Shown here piece by piece: positions 45,601-56,207 of a stretch of 64,000 nt of DNA; position 1 is the first letter of the stretch, and every line of letters begins with the position of its first letter. Origin of the DNA: Thecamonas trahens ATCC 50062 (lineage: Eukaryota > Protista > Apusomonadida); NCBI RefSeq assembly GCF_000142905.1, contig NW_013657645.1, positions 297,231 through 361,230 on the forward strand, read 5' to 3'. Below the pieces are notes generated by a model. That model ran no database searches and was not told the DNA's origin. It saw only the letters and a program-made list of their open reading frames with translations. Made by a program: the position numbers and the translations under genes.

Positions 45601-46801
45601 CATCACCATTGCCCGCGAGCTGCTTGGCGTCCATTTGCCAGCGATGGCCGAGCGTGCCATTGCCCGCGAGGTGCTCGATGCCGGCATGCGGGCGGCATCG
45701 CCCGACGCCGCCGCCGCCGGCGAGCTGGGTGACGCCGGCGAGTCTGAGCTCGACGGTGAGCCGTCGTCGGCGGCGGTGACGCCGCGGGCTGGGCCGGGCT
45801 CTGCCGCCGGGGGGGACGACGATGGCGAGGCGCCCGAGGTGCTCCCCGAGTCTGTCGACGTCCTCCTCTGCCGGGCGGAGCAGTTTATGCAAGAGGCGGC
45901 ATACGAGGACGCGAGCGAGGCGCTGACGCGGCTCTTCCTCATGGCAAACGAGCTCGACTCGGAGCGCGGCATGCGGCTCCACGCACTCTGGGGTCATCTC
46001 AAGCTCGTCCTGCAGGACTTTGAGGCCGCCGAGAGCGCGTACGAAAAGTCGCTGGCGCTGACGCAGGACGACGCGGCCGAGGCGACCGACTCGGAGGCTG
46101 CGGTCCGCGAGCTGCTCGCCGTCTACCTCCGGCTCGGTTCGCTGTACGTGACCAAGGCCAAGTTCTCGGATGCCAAGTACGTGTATCTCAAGGCGTGTCA
46201 GCTCTCGCCATCGGCGTTTACCTGGCTCGGTGTCGGCGTCTCGTGCTACCGGCTCGGCGAGCTCGACCAGGCCGAAGACGCGCTCTCAGAGGCCAACATC
46301 CTCAACAACTTTGATGCCGATGTCTGGGGCTACCTCACCCTTGTCTGTCTCAAGACCGAGCGCGTGACTGAGGGTGACCAGGCGTTCATGCAGGCGCTCA
46401 AGCTCGACCTCGCCAACGGGGCCCTCCTTACCGAGATTGGTGAGGCCTACTTTGAGGTTGGGCGCTATGCCGACGCCGAACAGTGCTTGCGCCGGTCGAT
46501 CGAGCTCGAGGAGGCCCCACACGCCCACCGCATCCTCGCCCAGGTCCTCAACGCCCAGGGTCAGAAGGAGGGCGCCGTCGCCGAGTACATGATGGTCCTC
46601 GCGTCTTCGTTTGACGAGGAGGACGTCAAGGCCTCGCGCGCAGGCCTTGTCGACATTCTGATGCGTCTCGGCAGGGTCGAGCAGGCCCAATTCTACCTTG
46701 ACGAGATCGAGCGCGAGCACGCCGAGGCTGCCGCCGTCAAGGAGGCTGAAGTCGAGGCTGCCGCCCGCGAGAAGCGTCTTCTCCAGAGCGAGTTTGAGTA
46801 A
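42607..46801 (+). CDS. CFAP70: Cilia- and flagella-associated protein 70 (TTC18)-like; exons 42607-42703 and 43149-46801
   Basis: C2-like N-terminus, FIYELNSNGAYFGLKEQLK..VVRIVREKF, TPRs, AEDALSEANILNN..VWGYL. A phase-1 GTACGT..TAG intron restores the frame. Confidence 0.88.
42791..42997. repeat. Intronic perfect 56-bp tandem repeat, ~3.7 copies
   Basis: GGTTCGGCGGGTTAAGGCCATTGATCCGGCTACTGCTGCGGATGCTTGAAGCTATC at 42791, 42847, 42903, 42959. Confidence 0.95.
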
Positions 46802-47044
46802 AACGACGCCATACGGCCCACGGCCCACGGCCCACGGCCCATCACATGTTGTCGGGCATGGCCATCCCTCATCGCATCAGATCCCCATCGTTAGGATCAA
46901 ACCAAGTAAGTGGCGGAGGGTGGCGGAGAGTGACGAGGTTGACGAGTCCACGCAGCGAGTGGCGGAGGCGGAGGAGCGACACCACTTGTCGCACACGAGA
47001 GTGAGAGAGACCGTGTGCCACAGTCGGGCGAGGAGGGAGAGACG

Positions 47045-49783
47045 ATGGAAGCTGTGAGTGCGGCAGTTGTGTTGAGACAAGAGACAGGAGATGCTGTTGC
47101 TATTCCAAGTACCACTGACCCTACCGTCGTCCGTCTCTTGCCTATGTTTGCCTTTGCCTATGACTCTGGTCGACCTGAGCTGACTGAGCTCATGCCGACG
47201 AGACTGACTGACGGCAATGACGATGGTGGCCACAATGGCAACGATGGCGGCAATGACGATGGCGGCAATGACGATGGCGGCAATGACGATGGCGGCAATG
47301 ACAATGGCGGCAATGGCGGCAATGACGATGGCGGCAATGACAATGGCGGCAACGATGGCGACAACAATGATCGTTGCGGTCGTCAGCTTCGTCGGCTTGG
47401 CCAGCGGGCGGCTACAGTGGATGATCTGGTGGGGAAAGGGTGGAAAGGCTTTGGTCGGACGCCGCAGATGCTGGAAAGAGAGCATCTGTATGTGCTTACC
47501 TCAGAGACCGGATCTCGGCTGCATGTGCTGTTTCGCAAGCTCGATAGCAACTCCATCCTCGCCCTCCTTTCACCGCATCGCATGTACCGGATGCTGGAGC
47601 AGGTGGCAGACTTTGGATGCGAGGTCTACGCCCGCGGCGGAGAGGATGCGCTTCTGGCGGCAATGGCAGCGGTCGTCGGCGCGCTCCCTGTTCCCCCGAC
47701 ACAGACCACTGTCGGGCTCACGGTTACTACTCGGGTTGGATGCGAGCTCGCGCTCACTGTCGACTGCTGCGACGAGACCCGGCTCGGCCCGCTTCTCGCC
47801 GCGCTCGCTCCCTGCGACGTGGTCCATCTAGTGACCTGCATCCTCACGGAGACACCGATTGTGTTCACAGCTAGCTCGATGGCGCTGCTGCCGGCGGTCT
47901 CTGAGGCGCTGCTCTCGCTGGTGGCGCCGCTGGCGTGGCCGTTTGTCTACATTCCCATTCTCCCGCCAGACCTCCTCGACTGCGTTGAGGCGCCGACCCA
48001 GTTCATCCTTGGCGTCCTTGACTCGGCGCTTGCTCACAAGATCGCCGCCGAGGGCGTGGTCCTCGATCCGTCGATTGTTGTTGTCGACCTTGCACACGGC
48101 CGGCTCAGAGCCCGCCAGCCGACCCGCTACTGCGGTCTCGCGAGCAAGAGGGCGGCGGGCCTTGTGGCCCACCTCCGCGACGCAGGCCTCCCGCGGTCGA
48201 TCGCCGACGATCACGCCATCCGTGCCGTCTTCCACGACGAGCTCGTCGACATCCTCAACGGCTACCGTGACCACTACGTGACTGACACGAGCGGGAGCGG
48301 GAGCGACGACGGCAACGAGCTGGTGTATGACTTTCAAGGTTTTGTCACCTCGCGCGCGCCTCGCGACCGCGGCTTTGCACACGCACTCACCAACACCCAG
48401 ATGTTTTACCAGTTTGTGGCCGATCGCGAGGCAGTCGATGAGGTCAACGCGCCGCTTGCACCGCTTCGACTTGACTTGCATGTCGCTGCCGGGTGCGGCG
48501 GCGATGCTGGCCGCGACGCTGCGCGCCGCGCGCTCGTCTCCAGCCTCGCAACTTATACCGTGCCGCAGGCCCAGCTCCTTTCGCACCTCGCTGTGCTGAG
48601 CCTCGAGGTCTCTGAGGCGCACGATACCTCGCTTGTGACGCCCATCCTTTCCAAGCTTGAGCAGCTCGCCGCCGACGTGCCGGCGCTCCTTGCCAGCGGA
48701 CACGGATACACGGCCGCGAGCGTGCTTGCGCCCCTCTACGCTGAGCTCAACGACAGTCGCGCGAGCGAGCTCGACGTCTCAGCATCGTCCGCAGGTGGGC
48801 TCGGCCTCGCTGGGCCGAGTACCACAACGTCGCCAGTGTCGTCGGTAGCAATGACGCTCTCCACGTCCAACGGGCTCAAGCACGTGCTCAACATCCGCGG
48901 GGTTGCGGCGGCGGCGGCGGCTGTGGCGCTGGCGACTCACCGCCACGAGATTGACGGCGATGCCCACAGCGGCACGGCCGGGCTCGACGACTCGCTCGAG
49001 GCGCTGCCACCCATGCCAGAGCATGGAACGCCTGTCGCACTCGCGGCGTCACTAGTCCGACTGCTCATCGGCATGTTCAAGGGCGTTTGCACGCCCGAGC
49101 CAAGCACCGGGCGGCTGACGCTGACGTCGGCGCGGCTGGTCTCGCGAAGCTCGGGTGTAGCCAAGTCCGGCTCTTATACCCGAGTCTGCCAGCTCACCGG
49201 CAAGCTTGTCATGATTGCCGACGACGAGCTTGTTGCGCTGAGCCACGACGAGCGTGCGGTCTTCTTCCTCAACCTCCACAACGCGCTCGCCATGCACGCC
49301 TGCATCGCATTGCGAGCGCCGACGTCGTCGGCCGCGCGGGCAGCGTGGTCCAAGGCCGCGTACCTCGTCGGCTCGCAAGTCTTTAACCTGCTCGAGCTCG
49401 AGCACGCCGTCCTCCGTAACGCATCGGCGCTGCCCTCGGTCCTCGGCGTCCCCTTTCTCCCGTGCCCCAAGTTCAAAGCCGGGGACGCCCGCGCTGCGTT
49501 TGCGCTCTCGGCTCCGGTCCGCTTTCTCGACTTTGGCCTCGCTGCAGCCACGCGATCGTCGGCTCCGGTGAGAGTCTTTGACGTGCCCAGCTACCGCAAG
49601 GCTCTCCGCGCAGCCTTTGACGCCGAGCTTGCTGCCACGGCTCCAGTCCTCCCGCGAGTCCTCCAGTGGTACGGCCCCGACTACCACGGCGAAGATATCC
49701 TTTCCGGGCGGCTAGGCTGGGCCCGATACGACTGGAGCTTTGGCTTTTGCTTCGAGTCTGATCTGTGGTCCGCTGCCCCGTAG
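47045..49783 (+). CDS. DENN-domain (Rab GEF) protein with C-terminal DUF547
   Basis: ILTETPIVF, PLAWPFVYIPILP..EAPTQFILG, F..TQMF.QF; DUF547 motifs AVFFLNLHNAL.MHA, LELEHAVLR, VLQWY..D. Confidence 0.85.
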   Translation: MEAVSAAVVLRQETGDAVAIPSTTDPTVVRLLPMFAFAYDSGRPELTELMPTRLTDGNDDGGHNGNDGGNDDGGNDDGGNDDGGNDNGGNGGNDDGGNDNGGNDGDNNDRCGRQLRRLGQRAATVDDLVGKGWKGFGRTPQMLEREHLYVLTSETGSRLHVLFRKLDSNSILALLSPHRMYRMLEQVADFGCEVYARGGEDALLAAMAAVVGALPVPPTQTTVGLTVTTRVGCELALTVDCCDETRLGPLLAALAPCDVVHLVTCILTETPIVFTASSMALLPAVSEALLSLVAPLAWPFVYIPILPPDLLDCVEAPTQFILGVLDSALAHKIAAEGVVLDPSIVVVDLAHGRLRARQPTRYCGLASKRAAGLVAHLRDAGLPRSIADDHAIRAVFHDELVDILNGYRDHYVTDTSGSGSDDGNELVYDFQGFVTSRAPRDRGFAHALTNTQMFYQFVADREAVDEVNAPLAPLRLDLHVAAGCGGDAGRDAARRALVSSLATYTVPQAQLLSHLAVLSLEVSEAHDTSLVTPILSKLEQLAADVPALLASGHGYTAASVLAPLYAELNDSRASELDVSASSAGGLGLAGPSTTTSPVSSVAMTLSTSNGLKHVLNIRGVAAAAAAVALATHRHEIDGDAHSGTAGLDDSLEALPPMPEHGTPVALAASLVRLLIGMFKGVCTPEPSTGRLTLTSARLVSRSSGVAKSGSYTRVCQLTGKLVMIADDELVALSHDERAVFFLNLHNALAMHACIALRAPTSSAARAAWSKAAYLVGSQVFNLLELEHAVLRNASALPSVLGVPFLPCPKFKAGDARAAFALSAPVRFLDFGLAAATRSSAPVRVFDVPSYRKALRAAFDAELAATAPVLPRVLQWYGPDYHGEDILSGRLGWARYDWSFGFCFESDLWSAAP

Positions 49784-49902
49784 TTGACGTAGCCCGAGTC
49801 GACGTGTCTGTTGAGGGCTGGCGCGGGCGATGCTCGCGTCTGTGCCGGTGGAAGCAGCCGCTGCAGCAGAGCTCGCCAGACGGCGCAGTGCTTTGCGCGA
49901 GC

Positions 49903-51306
49903 TTAGCTTCTGTTTACGTAGCCAAAGGCGATGCTGGCGCCTACCAAGCCGACGACGACGGCGAGAGCAACAAACGACCACTCGAGGCCGACGGCATCGG
50001 CGACCGACGAGACCGAGAGAGCACCGACGGCGAGGCCAAAGTCGCGAATGGCGCGGTAGATGCCGAGAGATGAGCCGCGCCAGGCCGGCTCGACTTCGTC
50101 AGCAGCCGCGGCTTGCATGGTCGGATAGATTGAGGCGGTGCCGATGCCGAGCAGGACCATGGAGAGCGACCAGAGGATGATCCGGAGCGGGAGCCAGGGG
50201 GTGAGGTCGGGGGTGGCCACAAAGAGCAGGATGGCGACGGTGTTGGCGGCCATGCCGCCAGTGAGAAAGAGCTTGCGGCCGTAGGTGTCGGAGAGCGAGC
50301 CGAAAGCGAGCTGCGACAAGCCCCACGCTCCGGTGTAGAGGCCAATGATGAGGCCGGTGGCGGCCAGCGAGAGACCGTGGCGGGTCTCGAGGAACTCGGG
50401 GGCGAGGCCCCAGATGACGGCATCCTGGCCCTTGCTCACCAGCCCGCAGACAGCCACCAGGATGAAGTTACGGTTGGTGGCGAGGCCGAGAATGGCACGG
50501 GTGACGGTCGGCGAGGAGGCGATAGCGCTGGCGTTGGCGTTGGCGTTGGCGTTGGCGTGCGAGACGGGAATGAGCCCGGTCTCGGCCGAGGTAGCGGGAT
50601 CGATGGAGCCCATCTCGGCCAGGGGCACCTCCTCGACAAAGCCAGCATCATGAGCAGCATCTAGAGTTGCGCCTGTGGCGGCGGCCTGCTGAGCAGCGAC
50701 TAGATCCATGGTGTCTGTGACAAGGAACGAAGCCGCGAGGCCGATGGCACCGACGAGAGCGCCGATGAGAAAGGGGATGGGCCGATAACCGTAGGCGTCA
50801 GCAAGCGCAGCGGCAGCGATAGAGACTGTAGCAACCGACGAGTAAATGGTACACTCCGAGATGCCAACAGCAGTACCTTTTGCGGAGAGACCAAAGACAT
50901 CGACCATCATAAAGATGAGGGAAGAGCCAATGAGGCCCTGAGAGACGCCAAAGAGAACGTTGACGACGACGACGAGCGACCACGATTGAGCGAAGAGAAC
51001 GACGATGGGAACAGGAAGACCAAGGATCATACCTGCAATGAGAGTCACACGTCGACCATACCAATCAGCAAGTGGACCAACAATGAGATTGGTTGCAGCC
51101 TTTGCGCAGCCAAAGGAAATGATGAACATGACCTTGCCCTTGTAGCTCTCCTCACCCCACACAGCCGATGCCATGAGAGGGAGCAGACTCCGTTCCAGTC
51201 CCAGCACTCCGCCCATCACCACAAGTCCCACAAGTAGTGGCGTCAGTCGCCTCCACCGCATTTGGTAGAAATCCCATGCTGCCGTCACCCTTCTCCGAAG
51301 GTCCAT
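49903..51306 (-). CDS. MFS transporter, bacterial-like family
   Basis: Motif A GPLADWYGRR / GSLSDTYGRK; GGVLGLERSLLPL; YPT.QAA.AD..WRGS.LGIYR..RDFG. Confidence 0.88.
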   Translation of the reverse strand: MDLRRRVTAAWDFYQMRWRRLTPLLVGLVVMGGVLGLERSLLPLMASAVWGEESYKGKVMFIISFGCAKAATNLIVGPLADWYGRRVTLIAGMILGLPVPIVVLFAQSWSLVVVVNVLFGVSQGLIGSSLIFMMVDVFGLSAKGTAVGISECTIYSSVATVSIAAAALADAYGYRPIPFLIGALVGAIGLAASFLVTDTMDLVAAQQAAATGATLDAAHDAGFVEEVPLAEMGSIDPATSAETGLIPVSHANANANANASAIASSPTVTRAILGLATNRNFILVAVCGLVSKGQDAVIWGLAPEFLETRHGLSLAATGLIIGLYTGAWGLSQLAFGSLSDTYGRKLFLTGGMAANTVAILLFVATPDLTPWLPLRIILWSLSMVLLGIGTASIYPTMQAAAADEVEPAWRGSSLGIYRAIRDFGLAVGALSVSSVADAVGLEWSFVALAVVVGLVGASIAFGYVNRS

Positions 51307-52416
51307 CCCTTTGTGTGTGTGTGGGGGGGGGGGGGGGGGGTGGGGGGAGGGGTGGTGGTGGTGCTGTGGCGGAGGGAGGATCGGGGAGGGAGAGGAGGGA
51401 GAGGGGGGATCCGATGGGGGTGATAGAGGGGGTGATCCGATGAGGTCAAGAGATGATAGAGGTGATAGAGGAGGGGGGAGGGAGTGGTGGGGGGGAGGGG
51501 GGAGGACGGGGGGCGAGGGGACGAGGGGACGAGTCGGTCAACGACGACGACGACCACCACCAACCACCACCACCACCACCACCACCNNNNNNNNNNNNNN
51601 NNNNNNNNNNNNNNNNNNNNNNNNNNNNNNNNNNNNNNNNNNNNNNNNNNNNNNNNNNNNNNNNNNNNNNNNNNNNNNNNNNNNNNNNNNNNNNNNNNNN
51701 NNNNNNNNNNNNNNNNNNNNNNNNNNNNNNNNNNNNNNNNNNNNNNNNNNNNNNNNNNNNNNNNNNNNNNNNNNNNNNNNNNNNNNNNNNNNNNNNNNNN
51801 NNNNNNNNNNNNNNNNNNNNNNNNNNNNNNNNNNNNNNNNNNNNNNNNNNNNNNNNNNNNNNNNNNNNNNNNNNNNNNNNNNNNNNNNNNNNNNNNNNNN
51901 NNNNNNNNNNNNNNNNNNNNNNNNNNNNNNNNNNNNNNNNNNNNNNNNNNNNNNNNNNNNNNNNNNNNNNNNNNNNNNNNNNNNNNNNNNNNNNNNNNNN
52001 NNNNNNNNNNNNNNNNNNNNNNNNNNNNNNNNNNNNNNNNNNNNNNNNNNNNNNNNNNNNNNNNNNNNNNNNNNNNNNNNNNNNNNNNNNNNNNNNNNNN
52101 NNNNNNNNNNNNNNNNNGGGGGGGGGGGACTGGTATGGCTGGTGGGGGGGGGGGACTGGTATGGCTGGTATGGCTGGTGGAGGGGAGGGGACTGGTATGG
52201 CTGGTGGAGGGGAGGGGGGACTGGTATGGCTGCTGGCTGGCAGGTTGGGTGGCGTGACGAGGGTGCTGGGGATGACGGGCATACTCATGCAATTGTGTGG
52301 ATTGGGTGCGGAACGAACGGGTTGGTTTGGATCTGGGGGGGGGGGGGGGGGGTCTTTTGTCATCGTCATCGTCGGTGCTGGGGTGGTGGTGGTCGGTGGT
52401 CGGTCGACGAATACAG

Positions 52417-52833
52417 GTCAAGGATCCGGAGGGTGTGGTTGTGGTCGACGAGACCAAGAAGTCAGAGGGCTCGTACGCATTCCGCGCTGCGGTTGATGGC
52501 ACGTACTCAGTCTGCTTCTCCAACCGCATGTCGACTATCACCGCCAAGTCGGTCTCGCTTGCCCTCATTGCTGGCAAGACGGCCGATACCTCGGAGGTTG
52601 CCAAGCTGGAGCACCTCACGCCCCTGGAGAACTCCATCCTGGAGCTCTCCACTCTTCTCACCTCAATCCAGGAGGAGCAGCGGTATCTCAAGAACCGCGA
52701 GGCCATCCACCGCGACCTCGCCGAGGACCTCTTTGAGCGCGTCCACTGGTGGGCCATCTTCGAGACCATCGTCCTGGTCGCCATGTCCATCGGTCAGGTC
52801 GTCTACATCCGCAAGGTCGTCGGCGGCAAGTAG
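52417..52833 (+). CDS. p24/emp24 GOLD cargo receptor, 3' exon (5' part probably in the N-gap)
   Basis: GTYSVCFSNRMST, EQRYLKNRE..HR, RVHWWAIFE, GQVVYIR; CAG acceptor at 52414-52416. Confidence 0.9.
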   Translation, partial: VKDPEGVVVVDETKKSEGSYAFRAAVDGTYSVCFSNRMSTITAKSVSLALIAGKTADTSEVAKLEHLTPLENSILELSTLLTSIQEEQRYLKNREAIHRDLAEDLFERVHWWAIFETIVLVAMSIGQVVYIRKVVGGK

Positions 52834-53027
52834 ATGCCGCTCGCCAAAGAGTGAGATAAACTCAGCGCAGCAGACGACGCCCCTGCCCCCTTCCGCGCGC
52901 TGGCGCTACTGACCGTGATCTTTGCTCAAGACAGCCCAAGAAAACATCCACGAGCAGAGACAGAGTAGTCCAACAGATAGCATCCTTACGCAGCAGCTGC
53001 TTATGGTGCTGGCAGCTGCATGCGGCT

Positions 53028-54655
53028 TTAATCTTGACGCACGCAGGTAGCTGCCCGCAGCTCAAATCGAGATCTCGCAAGATCAATGAGCACTCGAAAA
53101 GGAGCTGACGGCCGACCCAGACAGACGGGTATGTTTACTATGTCACCATCTTTGGGCTGTGGAAAGTTGCCTCTACACTCTAAGCATGCGGAGAGGAATT
53201 GAGGCGGCTGATCGCTGTCTACAAGCCTAGTGTCTGATATGCATAGTGTTGGAGCTGTCGATGAGGGTGGGGAGGATGATATATACAATACACAACTACA
53301 ACTTGGTTTTGAAAAGGTGAGGACCTGCTGGAGATCAGGGCGGGAGAAGTTCTGGATGTGGTCGACAGGGTGGACTGGGCCACGCTGGTCGTCTTGGCGC
53401 ACGCCCGAGTCCGTGACAAGCTGCGACTCGGCGAGGAGGTGGAGGAGGTTGTCGTCGGCGTAGCGGATGATGACCTCGACAGTGTCTACAAGGGCGGCCG
53501 ATGGCATGTCCAGAACAGCCTCGATGCCCGGAACGCCGCCGGCGCTGATGACGTAGACGGCGGCGGCGGCCATGAGCGAGGCCGGGACAATCGCGGTGAC
53601 GCGCAGATCGAGGATGACGGCGTCGACGGCGGCCATGGCGGCACGGAAGCCTGCGCTGCGGTCCTGCAGCAGTCGCGAGGTGAGGCCGTGCTGGGCGCGG
53701 CGGCGGTGACAAGGTCGAGGTAGATTGCGACAAAGGCCGGGACTGTGGGCGGGTGCAGCTCCCAACGCAGGGTGGCGAGCAGCGCCCGCTCGGCGCCGCG
53801 GATCTCGTCCTCCGAGTACGCGCGGTCGGTGACGTCAGCAAGCTCAGAGACGGTCGGCGGATAGACCTCCTCGAGCTTTGCGGCGATGAACAGGGCCGTG
53901 ACGCCGATGAGCTGGAGCTTGTTGCGCGGAACGTTGCGGGCGGCGGCGAGGTAGTTGTCAAAGAGAGTGATGGCGAGGTGGCAGGTGCCTGGGGTGAGCC
54001 GATACTCGGCCGAGACCTCCATCAGCCACGAGACCACAATAGCGCGCATCTTGCAGTTGAGACGGACATGGCGACTGGTCAGCCGCGACGGCGTCAGCTG
54101 CCTGCGCCGCATGGCCGAGTACTTGCGCTCAGCTGCGAGCAGAGCCGCCAGCGCCTCTCGACCGTACCGTCCATCAAACGACGGCATTTCCCGACGACCA
54201 GCGACAGCAGCAGGTGTGTCAGCGACAGGCGTCTCGGACTTGTTGTTGTTGTTGTTGTTGTTGTTGACGTTGTTGACGTTGTTGACGTTGTTGTTGTTGA
54301 TGATGTTGAGCTCGTTGTTTCTACGATCCTCCATGGCAGCGAGTCGGACTGCAACAGCTCTGGCTGTGAGGACCTCCATAGAAGGCATGCTTCCAGACGT
54401 TGTGTCCTTTGTTGTCGTGCTTGTGCTTCTGCCACTCGAGGCAGTGGTGGATGGTTGCAGAGGTGCGGCTCCTTGGCGCCTCGAGCTCGTCTCGGCAGAC
54501 TTTGAATCTACCCTCCGGACCACCCCACCCCCTGTCCGGCGGCTGGTATGGGCAAGGTGCGGTGGGTTCTCTTCCAAAGGCGCTTCTTCTGTTGTACTCT
54601 TGCTGTTGTACATGCCCACAGACTGCACAGGCGATACCTGCATAAGGTGCGCCAT
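53028..54655 (-). CDS. Cyclin A/E-type; split across two frames near 53690 (probable intron 53710-53664)
   Basis: MRAIVVSWLMEV, KLQLIGVTALFIAAKLEEVYPP, E..LL.TLRWEL. The second cyclin fold (PASLMAAAAVY, HIQ) continues in another frame. Confidence 0.8.
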
Positions 54656-54730
54656 GCTCGCCGCTTTGCTCTCCTGCTGCTTTGCGTCGAGTGGTGTTCC
54701 CCGCGTGGTCGGCGGTGGTAGATTCTGGCC

Positions 54731-54757
54731 TTTTTGGCGCCGTCCTTCCCGCCAAAA
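54731..54757. promoter_or_regulatory. Paired E2F-type sites upstream of the cyclin
   Basis: TTTTTGGCGC (54731-54740) and TTCCCGCCAAAA (54746-54757), 75-100 bp upstream of the ATG at 54655. Confidence 0.55.
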
Positions 54758-55245
54758 TTCTACCCGAGCCGGCTCGCCCAAACTGTGCATCGCCTCACCG
54801 CTCGACTCGTCGAACGAGAGCCTCCAGCTCGGCCCGAACCATCCAAGACGATTCCTCGGCAAGTTGCTCAACGTCTCGACGCCTCGATCTCTCGGCCTCT
54901 CGAACTCTCGAGCCAGTGTAGGTGTGGGTGCGAGGAAGAGACTCGGGATCCGGGGTCTTGTCGGCCTCTCGCACTGAGCCCCTCCATCAATGGATTCTGT
55001 ATTGTTGCACGAGTCCTTGGGCAAAGCTCGTAGCCTAGACGAGCTTGTCATGGGGCTGATGCAGTTGGCGACCGATGCGGCGGCGGGTGGCTGATGCAGC
55101 CGATGGGACGGCAGCTCGGTCGAAGCGGGAAGGCGGGCCGCGCGGCCAGGCGCCGCAGACTCGGCCGGCGATGGCAAGCGGGCCAGCGGGCAAGCGGGCA
55201 AGCGGGCAAGCGGGCAAGCGGGCAAGCGGGCAAACGGGTAGGCGG

Positions 55246-55605
55246 CTACTTGGGCGGGTTGTCGACCCAGTGAGCCAGGACCTGGTTGTGGCGCCACTCG
55301 ATGATGCGCTGGCGGAGCTCCGAGTCCGACTCGAGCTCGTCCGAGGCAGGCATGGACGGCTTGTTGGGCATGGTGTCGTGGAAGCGGAGGTAGAGCTTGA
55401 TGCACGAGCGCTCATAGACGATGCCATCGATGGCCTTGACCGGATCGATGAGAAGGTCTTTGGAGAGCGGGCCAAGGAACTCGGCTGGAGGCTTGGTGTT
55501 GTTGGCGCCAGCCACATCGCGCCAAGCCTGGTTCTCCATCCGGAGCGCCTCCTGGACCCGCTCCAGCCGAGTCTCGAACCCCACGTTGTCCAGCTCCTCT
55601 GCCAT
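55246..55605 (-). CDS. Small U-box domain protein
   Basis: PAEFLGPLSKDLLIDPV..DGIVYERSCIK..L....LRQRIIEW. Confidence 0.8.
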   Translation of the reverse strand: MAEELDNVGFETRLERVQEALRMENQAWRDVAGANNTKPPAEFLGPLSKDLLIDPVKAIDGIVYERSCIKLYLRFHDTMPNKPSMPASDELESDSELRQRIIEWRHNQVLAHWVDNPPK

Positions 55606-55778
55606 ACTTGCGTTCCTGGGCCAGAGGGGGGCACGTCGTCGCGTCGAGTGTCCCAACCCGTGGCTCTGCCTGCTTCCTTATCTAGGCATGCGGGTCACGG
55701 TTGGCGCCAATAGCCGTCTCGTCCAATACAATGTAGCGTTCAAGTATGCCAGTTTGCTTGTCACTTCCAAGCTTCGCT

Positions 55779-55851
55779 GGTTCCGTAGCTCAATCGGAAG
55801 AGCATGTGCTTCACACGTACAAGGTAGCCAGATCGAAACTGGCCGGAACCT
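55779..55851 (+). tRNA. tRNA-Val(CAC)
   Basis: Cloverleaf GGTTCCG/CGGAACC, anticodon arm TGTGC-TTCACAC-GTACA, oligo-T terminator. Confidence 0.92.
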
Positions 55852-55879
55852 CATTTTTTTTCAAGCAAGCTCATATATC

Positions 55880-55952
55880 GGTCCCGTAGCTCAATTGGAA
55901 GAGCATGTGCTTCACACGTACAAGGTAGCCAGATCGAAACTGGCCGGGACCT
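55880..55952 (+). tRNA. tRNA-Val(CAC), second copy
   Basis: GGTCCCG/CGGGACC, a compensatory pair change relative to copy 1; same anticodon arm. Confidence 0.92.
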
Positions 55953-56207
55953 TTCCTTATAATTTTTTTGCCTCTGCGACGTCCCTCCCCATCCTCCCCT
56001 TCTTCCTCTACATCCTCTTCTGATTCGTACGTGCGTGTGCTGGTAGTGTCTGATGTGACGATTGTGGCATGAAAGTCTGTGGTTTTGTCGATGAGTGGCG
56101 GTCGACGTGGCGATTTGGGCCAACCGCTCTCCACTCCGCCACTCGGCGGACGAGTATGATTACGAGCACGAGCAGCACACTCGACTCACTCAAAGGCAGT
56201 TCGCGGC

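Noticed and set aside
54656-55405. N-terminal extension of the cyclin ORF
   Set aside because: It overlaps the U-box gene, a GCGGGCAA microsatellite and promoter-like sequence; ATG 54655 is more plausible.
55779-55952. tRNA(CAC) acting as a GUG-initiator tRNA
   Set aside because: It lacks A1:U72 and the three G-C anticodon-stem pairs, and the AAC isoacceptors share the same T-loop.
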